Assembly: GCA_963832745.1 (NCBI GenBank)
Contig: CAWHVC010000005.1
Location: forward strand, 64,001 to 128,000
Length of the DNA stretch: 64,000 nt
Origin: Candidatus Bathyarchaeota archaeon
GTDB lineage: Archaea > Thermoproteota > Bathyarchaeia > Bathyarchaeales > Bathycorpusculaceae
Reading direction: 5' to 3'
Made by a program: the position numbers and the translations under genes. Position 1 is the first letter of the stretch, and each line of letters opens with the position of its first letter. This document shows, piece after piece, positions 31,314-41,837 of this stretch. A model generated the notes under the pieces. It was not told the origin of the DNA. It did not search any database and saw nothing but the letters and a program-made list of their open reading frames with translations.

Positions 31314-33740
31314 AGTCCCTCCTGGTCATCCAGGATTAGCACCAAACTGGACAACAAGCATGAAACAAGGCATAGGCACAGCAGTCAGCGGACGAAGCCG
31401 AGTATGGTTTAGCATCGCACATGGAAAAATTACTGAAGTATATTACCCAAACGTTGATCAAGCAAACATTCGACTCCTGGAATTATTAGTTACCAACCGT
31501 AAGGATTTCTTTTCTGACGAAATCCAAAGATACCACACATGAGGTTATGATGGTTGATTCAGGTGTATTAGGTTACAGAATTGTCAATCAATGCATCAAA
31601 GGATACTATGAGTTAGAAAAAACTGGGCTAACTGACCCAACAGAGGACACGTTACTAAGAAAGTGTTAAGGTTGTGGCGAAAAAAGGGCAGCTTTCAGAC
31701 TATGACATGTATGCTTTGCTGGCGCCTCACATAGGCAACCAAGGTTACGGCAACACTGGCTGGGCCGGAGAATACAAGGGAACACCGATGTTGTTTGCAT
31801 CACGAGAGGGAACCGCTCTTGCCCTGGCATGTTCTACGCCGTTTAGCACAATGAGCTGCGGTTACGTCGGTTTCAGCGACGGCTGGCAAGATTTGAACAA
31901 AAACAAGCACCTAACAGAACAGTACGATAGTGCAGCCGACGGTAATATCGCGTTAACCGGACAAATAGACCTAAAGAAAAGAGCAATGGATCTTTTGTTT
32001 TGGCGGTAGGTTTTGGTAGAAACTATAAAGAAGCTGGGTTAAGAGCCAAAAGCTCTTTGCTTAAGAATTTCAATATGGTTAAAGCTGATTATACTCGGCA
32101 ATGGAAACTTTTGCAGGCAGACTTTATGAGTTTAGCCCAGACCCCATGCAAAGGCACTGACCTCTATAGAGTGAGTACTGCAGTACTGAAGCTGCATGAG
32201 TCAAAACGTTTTCCCGGCGGAATAATTGCCAGCCTATCTATTCCATGGGGCCCAGCGAAATGTGTCTATGACACGGGCGGTTACCATTTGGTTTGGTCAA
32301 GAGATTTAGTTGAAACCGCAGAAGCATTAATCGCGGCAGGCAACACAGCGTCTGCTAACCAAACGCTCGCATACCTTATGGCGACACAAGATAAAGACGG
32401 TCATTGGTTCCAGAACATGTGGCTAGACGGTGCACAACATTGGACAGGCATCCAAATGGATGAAGTCGCTTTCCCCATCCTGCTCGCAGACAGCCTAAGA
32501 CGCCAACACAGCTTGAATGGCCTTAACCCCTGGTTAATGGTTAAAAAAGCTGCAAGTTACATAACACGCAATGGACCTGTTACACAAGAGGATGGTTGGG
32601 ACAGAAAATGGCGGATATCTACCGTTTACTCTTGCCGCTGAGATAACCGCATTATTAGCTGCCGCTGACTTCGCTGATGACGCGAATGAACATAAAATTG
32701 CAGATTACTTGAGAGAAACCGCCGATAACTGGAACGCCAATATCGAGCGATGGTGCTATATAACAGGTACTGAGATATCAAAGAAACTTGACATCGAAGG
32801 TTATTACGTGCGAATTTCTTCTCCCAATGTCGCCGATGCAGACTCACCGCTTAAAGGGTTCGTTCCCATTAAGAATCGCCCTCCCAGCAAAACTAATGAA
32901 CCGATTTTCAGAATAGTAAGTCCCGATTCCTTGTGCTCGTCCGTTTTGGTTTACGAGATCCATCGAACTCCAAAATTATAGATACAGTAAAAGCCATTGA
33001 CTTCATGCTAAAAAACCGAAACCAAAACAGGACCTGTTTGGCACCGATACACCGATGATGGTTACGGTGAACATGAAAATGGCGCCCCCTTTAACGGTCA
33101 AGGTATAGGTCGGGGGTGTCCCGCTTTGACGGAGAGCGTGCCCATTACGAATTAGCCAAAGGCAATGTTGAAGAGGCAAAAAGGTTGATGCACGTCATTG
33201 AAGCACAGACTAATAGCGTAGGGTTGATTCCTGAACAGATTTGGGATAGCACGGATTTGCCAGAATGTGAATTGTTTAATTGGGACCCTTCTGGTTCTGC
33301 TATGCCTCTAGTTCGGGCGCATGCTGAATACATTAAGCTCCTGCGTTCACTAAACGACAAAGTTGTTTTTGACATGCCTCCTCAAACAATGCAGCGCTAC
33401 CGAAAAAATCAGGCAACTTCCAAATTTGTTTCCTGGCGCTTCAATCACAAAGTGCATGATATTTCTTTAGGAAAACTGTTAAGAATCGAGACTTTATCGC
33501 CGGCATCTATTAAGTGGGGGGTAGATGGCTTGAAATTCCCCAAATACTATGGAAACGATGGATTCAGGTTTAGGCATATTTTATGCTGATTTATCAACCG
33601 ATAAATTGAGCGCAGGCCAAAAAGTTATGTTCACATTTTATTGGTTGGAGACAAAGAAAGCAGAAAAAACCACCTATTCAGTAGAAGTCAAGGAAATTGA
33701 AACAAGAGATAGGCAAGCTCAAGAAAATGAAATCAAATAA
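31287..33740 (+). pseudogene. GH15 glucoamylase/glucodextranase, multiply frameshifted
   Basis: KQGIGTA..SRVWF, IIASLSIPWG, GGYHLVWSRDL, QMDEVAFP, RYTDDGYGE, LIPEQIWD, GSAMPL. Confidence 0.88.
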
Positions 33741-33787
33741 CTACAAGTCTGTACGCGGCTCGTAACGTTATTTTAGGAAGTGATCTG

Positions 33788-35760
33788 TTGGTTAAAAAAA
33801 GCGATTACCACACCATCTCAGATTATGCCGTCATTGGAAATTTACGCACTATAGCATTAGTCAGTCGTACCGGCTCCATTGACTGGTGCTGCTTTCCAAA
33901 CCTTGATGACGCAAGCGTCTTTGCCGCCATCCTTGATGCTCAACGAGGGGGATACTTCAATGTTTCACCAAATCCACCACATAAAAATAGCCAGACCTAT
34001 CTAAACGGAACCAACATAGTCAGCACAATCTTCCAAACCGAAAGCGGAGAACTTGAGCTAGTCGACTTCATGCCCTTTACAAGCAACAACTTAGGAAGCG
34101 GAAAAGCAACCATTGGCCAAGAAATCCACAGATTACTCAAATGCACCAAAGGCAACGTTACAGTTAACGTCAAATGGTGTCCAAGATTTAATTATGGAAA
34201 ATCTAACGTAAGCTTGGAACAAAACGACGACGTTTGGAACGCAATAAGCAAAGACGGATCAATGTTGCTGTTAGGAGCCGAAAACGCAAAAACTGTTAAT
34301 GAAACTTTTGGACCCGCACTATTTGCTTCCATTAACCTCCAAGAGGGGGATAAATCAGCTATAGTCACTCGGTGGAGTACAAAGAATGCGGATTTCTCTA
34401 TTTCAAGAACAGAAAGACTGCTGGAGGAGACGGCTAATGGGTGGCGTAATTGGCTCTATCAAGAAAAACTCAAGAACGCCAACGACTGGGCAGGGCAACA
34501 TTACCCCCTAATTGAGCGGTCTATGTTAACGCTAAAGCTTTTGAAGCATATAGACACAGGAGCCATCGCAGCTGCCCCTACAACTTCTCTGCCTGAATGG
34601 ATCGGCGGTAACATGAACTGGGATTACCGGTATTCCCTGCATCCGATACGCTTCCTTGACAGCACAGGCACTGTCCTCTTTAGGACATGACGAAGAAGCC
34701 CTGGGAGTTTTTAGAGTGGACGACACAGGTCCGTAAAAATCATTTTAGGTCTCAGAACCGCATTCAGATAATGTATGGCTTACGTGGACAGACTAATCTC
34801 CAGGAACGGTTCCTTGATTATGGAGAAGGATACATGGGTTCTAAGCCTAAGAGTGGGAAACCGTGCTTTCAACCAAACGCAGCATGATGTTTTTGGAGAA
34901 CTATTTAACACTGCTTACGAACTTCTGCGCAACGGTGCCACTTTAGACTCGAACGTTATGGATTTTTTGAGTCAATAATAGCTGATTATTCCTGTTTAGC
35001 CTGGAAAGACCCCGATTACGGTATATGGGAGCTGGTTGGTCAGAAGCGCCATTATGTCCACTCCAAAGTGATGATTTGGGCTGCTTTAGACCGAGCAGTT
35101 CAACTTGCTAAACAGTATGGGTTACAGGGCGACGTCGATAAATGGATCCGAAACCGTGACGAAGTTTACCAGAGTGTCTTAACCAACGGGTTTAATGAGG
35201 AATTAGGATGCTTTGTCCAAGCTTACGGCTCTAAATACGTTGACGCAGCCAATTTACGTATACCCATATTAGGGTTCTTACCTGCAGACGATGGCCGGGT
35301 ACAGGGAACGATTAATCGCGTCATGGAGAAACTGATGGTAAATGGGTTACTCTACAGAAATAACACACCTACAGAGAAACCAATAGCTCAAGACAACAAC
35401 GGTCTTCCCCGACAGGAAGGCGCGTTTTGTTTATGCACCTTCTGGTTAGTGGACGCGCTTGCGCTTTCAAAAAGAGTCGATGAGGCAAAACAGATTTTTG
35501 CACACATCTTAAAGTATACTAATCACGTTGGTTTATTATCTGAAGAACTAAACCCCTTAGACGGCACGATGCTTGGAAATTTCCCCCAAGGATTCACACA
35601 TATTGGAATCATCACAAGCGCCCTTTATTTGGCGTATGCTGAAGGAAAAAAGATTCCACAATCCGCTCTATTAGGAACTAAAGAACACAAAGAAGAAGTG
35701 GAAGGCAGCCGCCCGCCTCCATTTAAGATAAAGCAACACGACGACAATTCAAGCAAATAA
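33788..35760 (+). pseudogene. GH15 family glycoside hydrolase (trehalase-like), frameshifted
   Basis: ISDYAVIGNLRTIALV..GSIDW, AAPTTSLPE..GG..NWDYRY, GIWE, EGAF, GLLSEE, GNFPQGFTH. Confidence 0.88.
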
Positions 35761-36222
35761 CGCGATATATAGTCATTCTTCAAGAGCGCTTACAAGTAGC
35801 AATAGCTTTAAGGTTCCTTAAAACAAAGGCTAAAGCAGTACTAAACAAAGCCTATGAAGAAGCCCACGCCTGGTGTAATTTTTGATTCATTAAGGCCCCT
35901 CGTACAAAACGGGATTTTTCGGGGAACCGTAACCTTGTGCCCTCAACGCTGGATCCGGAGAGCTTGTTTGGTAGACTCTAAAGCTTCACTAAGTTCCCTG
36001 TATTTCTCGGCTCTTGCATGGTGCTCTCAGACATACTTGTTTCAGCTTTAAAAGAGGGTGTAGTGACCTTTATCTCCTCAAACATAACCAAACCAAAGGA
36101 TTCTTCAAGTTTAGGGATTTGCAGAGGTTTAACTTGCATTTTAACTGTACGCAAACTTGTAAAATGTTTTCTTTTATGATTAAATTTTAATCAAAACTAA
36201 AAACAGTGATTTATTAAAAGCA

Positions 36223-36438
36223 TTACACGTTTTGACTCCATATACCGCCACTTCCTGTTATGCTCTTGATTATGTCTAAAGGAATTAATTCTTGCAAAGA
36301 GTAAGTACCTCTTGACCTATCACTCTTCAAATGCATAACTCGATTATTGGATAGAACAAGTAAACCATCTTTCAAACCCCAATGCTTAACGATATACTCC
36401 TTGTCACCTAAGTTTAATACATTAAGCCACTCTTGCAT
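36223..36438 (-). CDS. Small hypothetical protein, possible PH-like fragment
   Basis: GLLVLSNNRVMHL..IPLDIIKSI pattern; RBS GGAG before ATG at 36438. Confidence 0.3.
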   Translation of the reverse strand: MQEWLNVLNLGDKEYIVKHWGLKDGLLVLSNNRVMHLKSDRSRGTYSLQELIPLDIIKSITGSGGIWSQNV

Positions 36439-36629
36439 CTTACCGCTCCTGTAACAGTATTGTAATTGCCTTATTGGTTGATTATAAGATTTAAAATGTG
36501 CCAACCTTAACAGAAACAATGGTTGACTATTCAGATGTTACCCATCCAGACAAGGTAAGCGGTATTTACTTTTTCCAAAAAAAATCTGATTTCAAAGAGT
36601 ATTTAACTTGTTAACCTTTTCTTTCAAAT

Positions 36630-36821
36630 TTATTCTGTTTTAACTTGAATAGTTGATGAAACAGAGGCTAAAAGTAATGAACCAAACAATAAACCAGGTA
36701 TAGCAACAGTCAAAAACCCTTTTTCAGTCCAATTCATCACCCAAAGAAGAAGCAACCCAGCACCCACAGAACCAAAGAACGTAATCAGAAAAGTAACTAT
36801 CCTTAGAGCTGTGGCATTCAT
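36630..36821 (-). CDS. Small two-TM membrane protein
   Basis: 63 aa, two hydrophobic segments, RBS GAGGAG. Confidence 0.55.
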   Translation of the reverse strand: MNATALRIVTFLITFFGSVGAGLLLLWVMNWTEKGFLTVAIPGLLFGSLLLASVSSTIQVKTE

Positions 36822-37021
36822 GTATACTCCTCAAAGTTAGGTTGCTATACAAACAATAAAAGACTTATTCCGTATCTGAATTTGTAGACCCAAATGGCTC
36901 GCCAGATTTCAACAAGGTCTACCTTTTCAAATGACTTCTTTTGAGCAAACTGTACAAATAATGATTCAAACAATTTAAAGAAAAAATTCTAATTCACTAT
37001 AAAAATATTGGTGAATAGACA

Positions 37022-37330
37022 GTGATTGAGAAACAAGAGAGAAACAAGAAGCTATCAAAAGAAGTGTTACGTAGAGCAAATAGAGACGAAAAACAAGCTT
37101 ACAACACTCTAAATAACAGACGACTCGCCATATTTGACAGCTTCTCAGAAGCTAATAGAGCTTTTAGTAGTATCAACGACACAAAAAACATGGACTTGTG
37201 TCCAAAAGACCCAACCTTAAGTGATAAACTTGTAACTGAAATGTCAAATGCAGAATTTAGCGATTATATTAGGCGTTGGAATAAGTACTCAGTGGAGTAT
37301 TTTGAGTGGAGTAATAGACAGTTATCATAA
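37022..37330 (+). CDS. Hypothetical protein
   Basis: 102 aa, RBS GGTGA. Confidence 0.5.
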   Translation: MIEKQERNKKLSKEVLRRANRDEKQAYNTLNNRRLAIFDSFSEANRAFSSINDTKNMDLCPKDPTLSDKLVTEMSNAEFSDYIRRWNKYSVEYFEWSNRQLS

Positions 37331-37916
37331 CGACTAAACAAGTTGAGATAATTGGCGATTTCATCAAAGTGCTAATGAACCTTAATAGCTATGAAGCAGA
37401 GGAAAAAGTGGCTACTACTCTCAATAGCGATAAGAAGCCAACCAAACTTGTTGAACTACATTCAAAAAGAAGACAGTCATACAAAGGGGTAAGTAACCAT
37501 AAATTATTTATTCGAATGGTCCTAAGGACCATACGGTGAACTAGGTGAACCGCTTAAAAGAAAACAATAACCTAAGAACCGAAAGCGGTTTAACTGCAAA
37601 ACCCCTAAATCACAAAATAAATTCAGGTATTAAGCGGTCACAGTGTATTTTCCCTATAGGGAGGTAGGTAAAAAACCAGCATTTTTCAGAATCACAAAGG
37701 GAATAGGTGCTAAATTGCTGTTTTTCAATCCAAAAAAGTCATAAAAACCATGGAATTTGCGAAAAAACGTGCCAGTTTACGGTTTTACCTTTACTGCTAA
37801 CATGCCTAAACGGTTTAATCCTGCATTAGCCCTAAACATTTTGTTATTTATTTTGAATTAGTAGCCTAGTTTCACAATATACTTTATTAACAAAAACCAA
37901 TTGAGAGCACAAAAGG

Positions 37917-38234
37917 ATGAAGCGCCACATGAAAGCAATGCATCAGAATTGGAGTGAACTTGCAAACGATTGCATCCAGATTGTCCTTGTCTGTGGAACA
38001 ATTGGCATAGCATTAAAATTCATAACATTCTTCAACAATTGGGTTTATTTCCCAACATTCCCAAATGTGCTTGACTCAGCCTTCCTTATCACATCAATTC
38101 TTTACTTAGCATTCTCCGCAAGAAGACGAACACACAAAATGAAACAGTTCTACAAAAACTACCAAGCATCAAGCATCCATTTTCAGGCTAACCTGCCGCT
38201 TCCTGAAGAAGAACAAAAGGTTACAGCACACTAA
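37917..38234 (+). CDS. Two-TM hypothetical membrane protein
   Basis: 105 aa, TATA-like TTTATTAA upstream. Confidence 0.6.
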   Translation: MKRHMKAMHQNWSELANDCIQIVLVCGTIGIALKFITFFNNWVYFPTFPNVLDSAFLITSILYLAFSARRRTHKMKQFYKNYQASSIHFQANLPLPEEEQKVTAH

Positions 38235-38275
38235 CCTTTTCAACATTATTTTTTAAGCAACGACTTGTTTTTGCC

Positions 38276-38295
38276 TAAACGTGTCAACACGTTTA
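38276..38295. promoter_or_regulatory. Inverted repeat between convergent genes
   Basis: TAAACGTGT-CA-ACACGTTTA. Confidence 0.35.
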
Positions 38296-38367
38296 ATTGC
38301 TTCTTCTTTAAAAGAAAGTTTTTGCGTGTTATTTAACAGCTATGTTTCTGTTTCTTTATGTAACTTC

Positions 38368-38646
38368 TTATTTTCTGTTGCCTCTTGAACTGCTTGCTTG
38401 GATGCGCCTTTCTCTTTTTCTCCAGCCAAGTTCTATTGCTTCTTTTTCGGGGATTGGTTTTACAACTATTTGCTCTTTTTCTTCATCGATTTCCACAGTG
38501 CAGGGGGCACCAATTTTGAATGGGAATGCTGTGTCTTCGCTAACTTTTGTTGGGATGTAGATCCAGATTCTTGCGTATTCTTTGCCTTTGCTTACGGTTT
38601 TTCTGCCGATGATTGTTCCTACGCCTGTGCGCGCCAAATTTAACAC
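38368..38646 (-). CDS. AbrB/MazE/SpoVT-like DNA-binding protein
   Basis: YARIWIYIPTKVSEDTAFPFKIG..CTVEID...IVVKP swapped-hairpin pattern. Confidence 0.65.
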   Translation of the reverse strand: MLNLARTGVGTIIGRKTVSKGKEYARIWIYIPTKVSEDTAFPFKIGAPCTVEIDEEKEQIVVKPIPEKEAIELGWRKRERRIQASSSRGNRK

Positions 38647-38748
38647 CGGCTTTTGATAATATATTTACACATATGTTACTATATTCAATTACTATGTTGA
38701 TACACTAACTTTTTATTTTTCAAATTAAATTACATAAACACGGACAAA

Positions 38749-39609
38749 ATGCAATCAAAACTAAACAATATACACGATTCTTCACAAGCATTTAGCCATT
38801 ACGGGAAGGCACTAACGGGTGCTTTTGCGCATGATATTGGTGTTTTGGTTGGTTTGGGTTTGTCTGTTAGGCAGGCTAAAGTTTATTTGGCGCTGCTTAG
38901 AGCGGGTATGGCGAAAGTGCAGATGGTTTCTGACTTGTCACATGTGCATCGTCAAGAGGTTTACCGTGTGCTTGATGTACTTGGGCAAATGGGGCTTGTC
39001 CAGAAAAACGTTACAAACCCCGCAACGTTTAGTGTTACGCCGATAAATGATGCAGTCAAGTTGTTGCTTAACCAAAAAACAAGCGAAATAAATGCTATGG
39101 CTAAGAAAGCTGAGCGGTTAACCAAAAAGTTTAGTCTTTACAATAATTCTTCTCTGATAGAGTTTTCGCTTAGGCCGTGTTTTGGCACTATTGTTGAGGC
39201 TGACCGTGGTAGGCATTTTCAGGTTGCACTTAAGGGTGTGCATGAAGATTTTGAGGCAGCTACGAGTTGGCGCCGTTTCAAACAGTTAAGCATACATTTC
39301 GAAACCCAACTGCTCAATGCGCTACGGCGGGGCGGATCTGTTCATGTGGTAACCGAAAAACCCCTTGGGCAAACGCTGCCAAAATGGGTCATTGCTGCCC
39401 AAACCAAGTATCCATGTTTTGAACTACGCACCCTGCCAGCTCCGCCTGCGACTGCAGTTACCATTTTCGACCACACAAAAGCAGCAATAGCCTACAACCC
39501 CAACACCAGCTTAACAAAAGGACCCGAACTTTGGACAGAAAACCCTACAATGACCACTTTAGCACAAGCATACTTCAAAACAGTCTGGGTAGAGTCACTT
39601 ACGGTTTAA
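38749..39609 (+). CDS. TrmB family transcriptional regulator
   Basis: LGLSVRQAKVYLALL...VHRQEVYRVLDVLGQMGLV; TIFD C-domain. Confidence 0.85.
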   Translation: MQSKLNNIHDSSQAFSHYGKALTGAFAHDIGVLVGLGLSVRQAKVYLALLRAGMAKVQMVSDLSHVHRQEVYRVLDVLGQMGLVQKNVTNPATFSVTPINDAVKLLLNQKTSEINAMAKKAERLTKKFSLYNNSSLIEFSLRPCFGTIVEADRGRHFQVALKGVHEDFEAATSWRRFKQLSIHFETQLLNALRRGGSVHVVTEKPLGQTLPKWVIAAQTKYPCFELRTLPAPPATAVTIFDHTKAAIAYNPNTSLTKGPELWTENPTMTTLAQAYFKTVWVESLTV

Positions 39610-40090
39610 TAAACTACCCAAATAAAACCCCGACTAAAGACCACAAGAATTAAAATCAAAAAAATCACAGCACACTTCTGCCCATGTTAATTTAACTAAT
39701 AAGCTAAACAAGACTCCATCAACTCAACCAAAAAACCCTGCACCAAAACTATGCAACAACCCGCTTACCACACCTACAAGAACCCACAGATCCACCTCTT
39801 GAACCACCCAAACCTTACCCACACACCAACAACCCGACCGCATGCAGCAACCCATCCTCACCCCACCCAACCAACATACCCCCAACAACAAAAATCCACC
39901 CCACCCATCCCAAACCAACCCAAAAAACAACCCAAAACAAAAAACCAAACCCCCCCACAACCAAAAACTGGGACAAGAAAACCCCAAAACACCCACCCCC
40001 ACAAAAAACAAAAAAACAACCCAAAACCAAACCAGCAACAAAAAATTCAACAAATCCAACTTCAACAAAACACTCAATTAATATAACGCC
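39610..40090. repeat. Low-complexity C/A-rich non-coding tract
   Basis: + strand almost lacks G and T; ORFs here are compositional artefacts. Confidence 0.7.
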
Positions 40091-40141
40091 GCCACCACAG
40101 CTTTTCTAGTTAACGCCACCTATTTTTGAGGGACAAAAACA

Positions 40142-40735
40142 GTGGACGACTTTTTAGTCAGCCTTGCCCAAGCCATAATAGCCCTATTCGTAGTAGTAGA
40201 CCCATTCGGCAACATACCAATCTTCATAGGTTTAACCGAAAAAATACCTAAAGAAAAAGAACACAGAACATACAACGTCGCAGTCCTAGTTGGGTTTGTA
40301 TTACTACTAATTTTCGCATTCACAGGCCAAGAAATCTTTTACTTGTTCGGCATTTCAATCAGCAGTTTTGAGATAGCCGGCGGCATATTACTGTTAATCA
40401 TTGCCATTCGAATTTTAGTCAACGACAACAATACACAAGAACATCTAGAATCCCCTGAAAGTATCGGTGCAGTTCCTATCGCCATGCCTTTACTTGTTGG
40501 TCCAGGCGCAATAACGACAACCATTTTAAATTTACAATCCTTTGGAACCCTTGTAACAGTTTTGGCGGTTATTGTTGTTTTATCAATTGCTTGGATTATT
40601 TTCCGTTACATTAACAGAGTTTATGGATTTTTAGGAAAAACAGGCGCAATGGTTATCGCTCGCGTTATGGCCTTGCTTATCGCTGCCATAGCTGTTCAGT
40701 ACATAGTGAATGGCGTAACAACATTGTTCAAGTAA
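40142..40735 (+). CDS. marC: MarC family membrane protein
   Basis: LFVVVDPFGNIPIF, FEIAGGILL, VPIAMPLLVGPGAITT. Confidence 0.92.
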   Translation: MDDFLVSLAQAIIALFVVVDPFGNIPIFIGLTEKIPKEKEHRTYNVAVLVGFVLLLIFAFTGQEIFYLFGISISSFEIAGGILLLIIAIRILVNDNNTQEHLESPESIGAVPIAMPLLVGPGAITTTILNLQSFGTLVTVLAVIVVLSIAWIIFRYINRVYGFLGKTGAMVIARVMALLIAAIAVQYIVNGVTTLFK

Positions 40736-40743
40736 AAACAGAC

Positions 40744-41106
40744 TTAGGATAGAGTGTTTTGAAGTAAAGTTTTAAACAGGTAAATAAATACAAACGCATC
40801 AATGATTGCGCTTACTGCATTGATTATTAATGCTGCAAGAGGCAATTCGGCGCTGAAATATAAGATGTTAAATGCGTTAAAGGAAAAAGCGTAAATCAGC
40901 GTAAAAATCGATAATGCATAACCGATTTTTCTTGAACGTAAAAGTGCAGCCATTGACGCAATAAAAAGTATAAGCAGTATGGAGTTGTTTAGGTCGACAA
41001 AATCATTGAAGAATGTTACTTCTAAAGCAAAGAAAACAGCGTTAATTGCCAGCCACAGGAAAACCGCGTTCATTGCCGCCGGATGATGAGTGTTTAGGTT
41101 GGGCAT
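40744..41106 (-). CDS. Four-TM hypothetical membrane protein
   Basis: Hydrophobic 120-aa ORF. Confidence 0.65.
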   Translation of the reverse strand: MPNLNTHHPAAMNAVFLWLAINAVFFALEVTFFNDFVDLNNSILLILFIASMAALLRSRKIGYALSIFTLIYAFSFNAFNILYFSAELPLAALIINAVSAIIDAFVFIYLFKTLLQNTLS

Positions 41107-41323
41107 AAGTTGAAATTAAAGCGTTTAGTTATTATATTTTCTTGTTGCAAAAAACAGGATTACTCAAAAATAATCTTGTATATCGTTAATTAAGTCTCAT
41201 CCATTAACATATCATTCGATACAATATTTCATTTTTAAGAATCAGGTTTATATTTTTCCTCAGAATCAGTTATTAAGTTCTAATTACCAGAAAAAGCGTC
41301 CAAGAAAAAGGAGGAAACCAAGC

Positions 41324-41710
41324 ATTAAAACAACAACAAAAATAATCATCATCGACGATGACCAAGCACTGCACCGAGTGTTCACCCGCATCCTACAAAA
41401 AGAAGGATACAATGTTGAAACCGCCGAAACCGGCCGAGAAGCCTTAGAAAAAATCCGAAGCAACAAATTCGACGTTGCATTAATTGACATGAAACTACCA
41501 GACGTTAACGGTTTAGACTTGTTACCGCTGCTTAAAGAAACTGCCCCATCAATGGTGAAAATCATGATAACCGGCTATGCTGTGGTTGACGGCAAGGCAG
41601 GAGCTTTGAAGCTGGGTGCAGACGATTTTTTTAAGAAACCAATTCCACCACCTGTGCTCCTTGAAGCCATAAAAACACATCTTGAAACAAAAAAATCTAA
41701 AGACACATAG
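41324..41710 (+). CDS. Stand-alone response regulator receiver (probable ATT start at 41324)
   Basis: KIIIIDDD lies in frame upstream of the GTG; DVALIDMKLPDVNG, MITG, KP; RBS AGGAGG 41309-41314. Confidence 0.85.
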   Translation: MKTTTKIIIIDDDQALHRVFTRILQKEGYNVETAETGREALEKIRSNKFDVALIDMKLPDVNGLDLLPLLKETAPSMVKIMITGYAVVDGKAGALKLGADDFFKKPIPPPVLLEAIKTHLETKKSKDT

Positions 41711-41837
41711 CAGCGTTTTTCTGCTGGTTTGGTTTTCCTGTTTTAAGGTTTTTAATATTTTCTTTTAATTTACCGCAACAAAACTATTTATTAAGTCTCA
41801 ACGATGTCAATAGGTAGCTTATAATGAGGCTTAGAGA

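Noticed and set aside
24169-35760. Programmed frameshifting or alternative genetic code behind the split genes
   Set aside because: Breaks are mostly scattered indels with no common slippery motif, and intact genes elsewhere use TAA, TAG and TGA as normal stops.
35854-36060. Slightly GC-richer intergenic stretch and 65-aa ORF
   Set aside because: No convincing stems or protein motif could be established by eye.
39724-40086. Overlapping ORFs rich in Q/P/K/N or G/V/F/W
   Set aside because: Artefacts of the C/A low-complexity tract.
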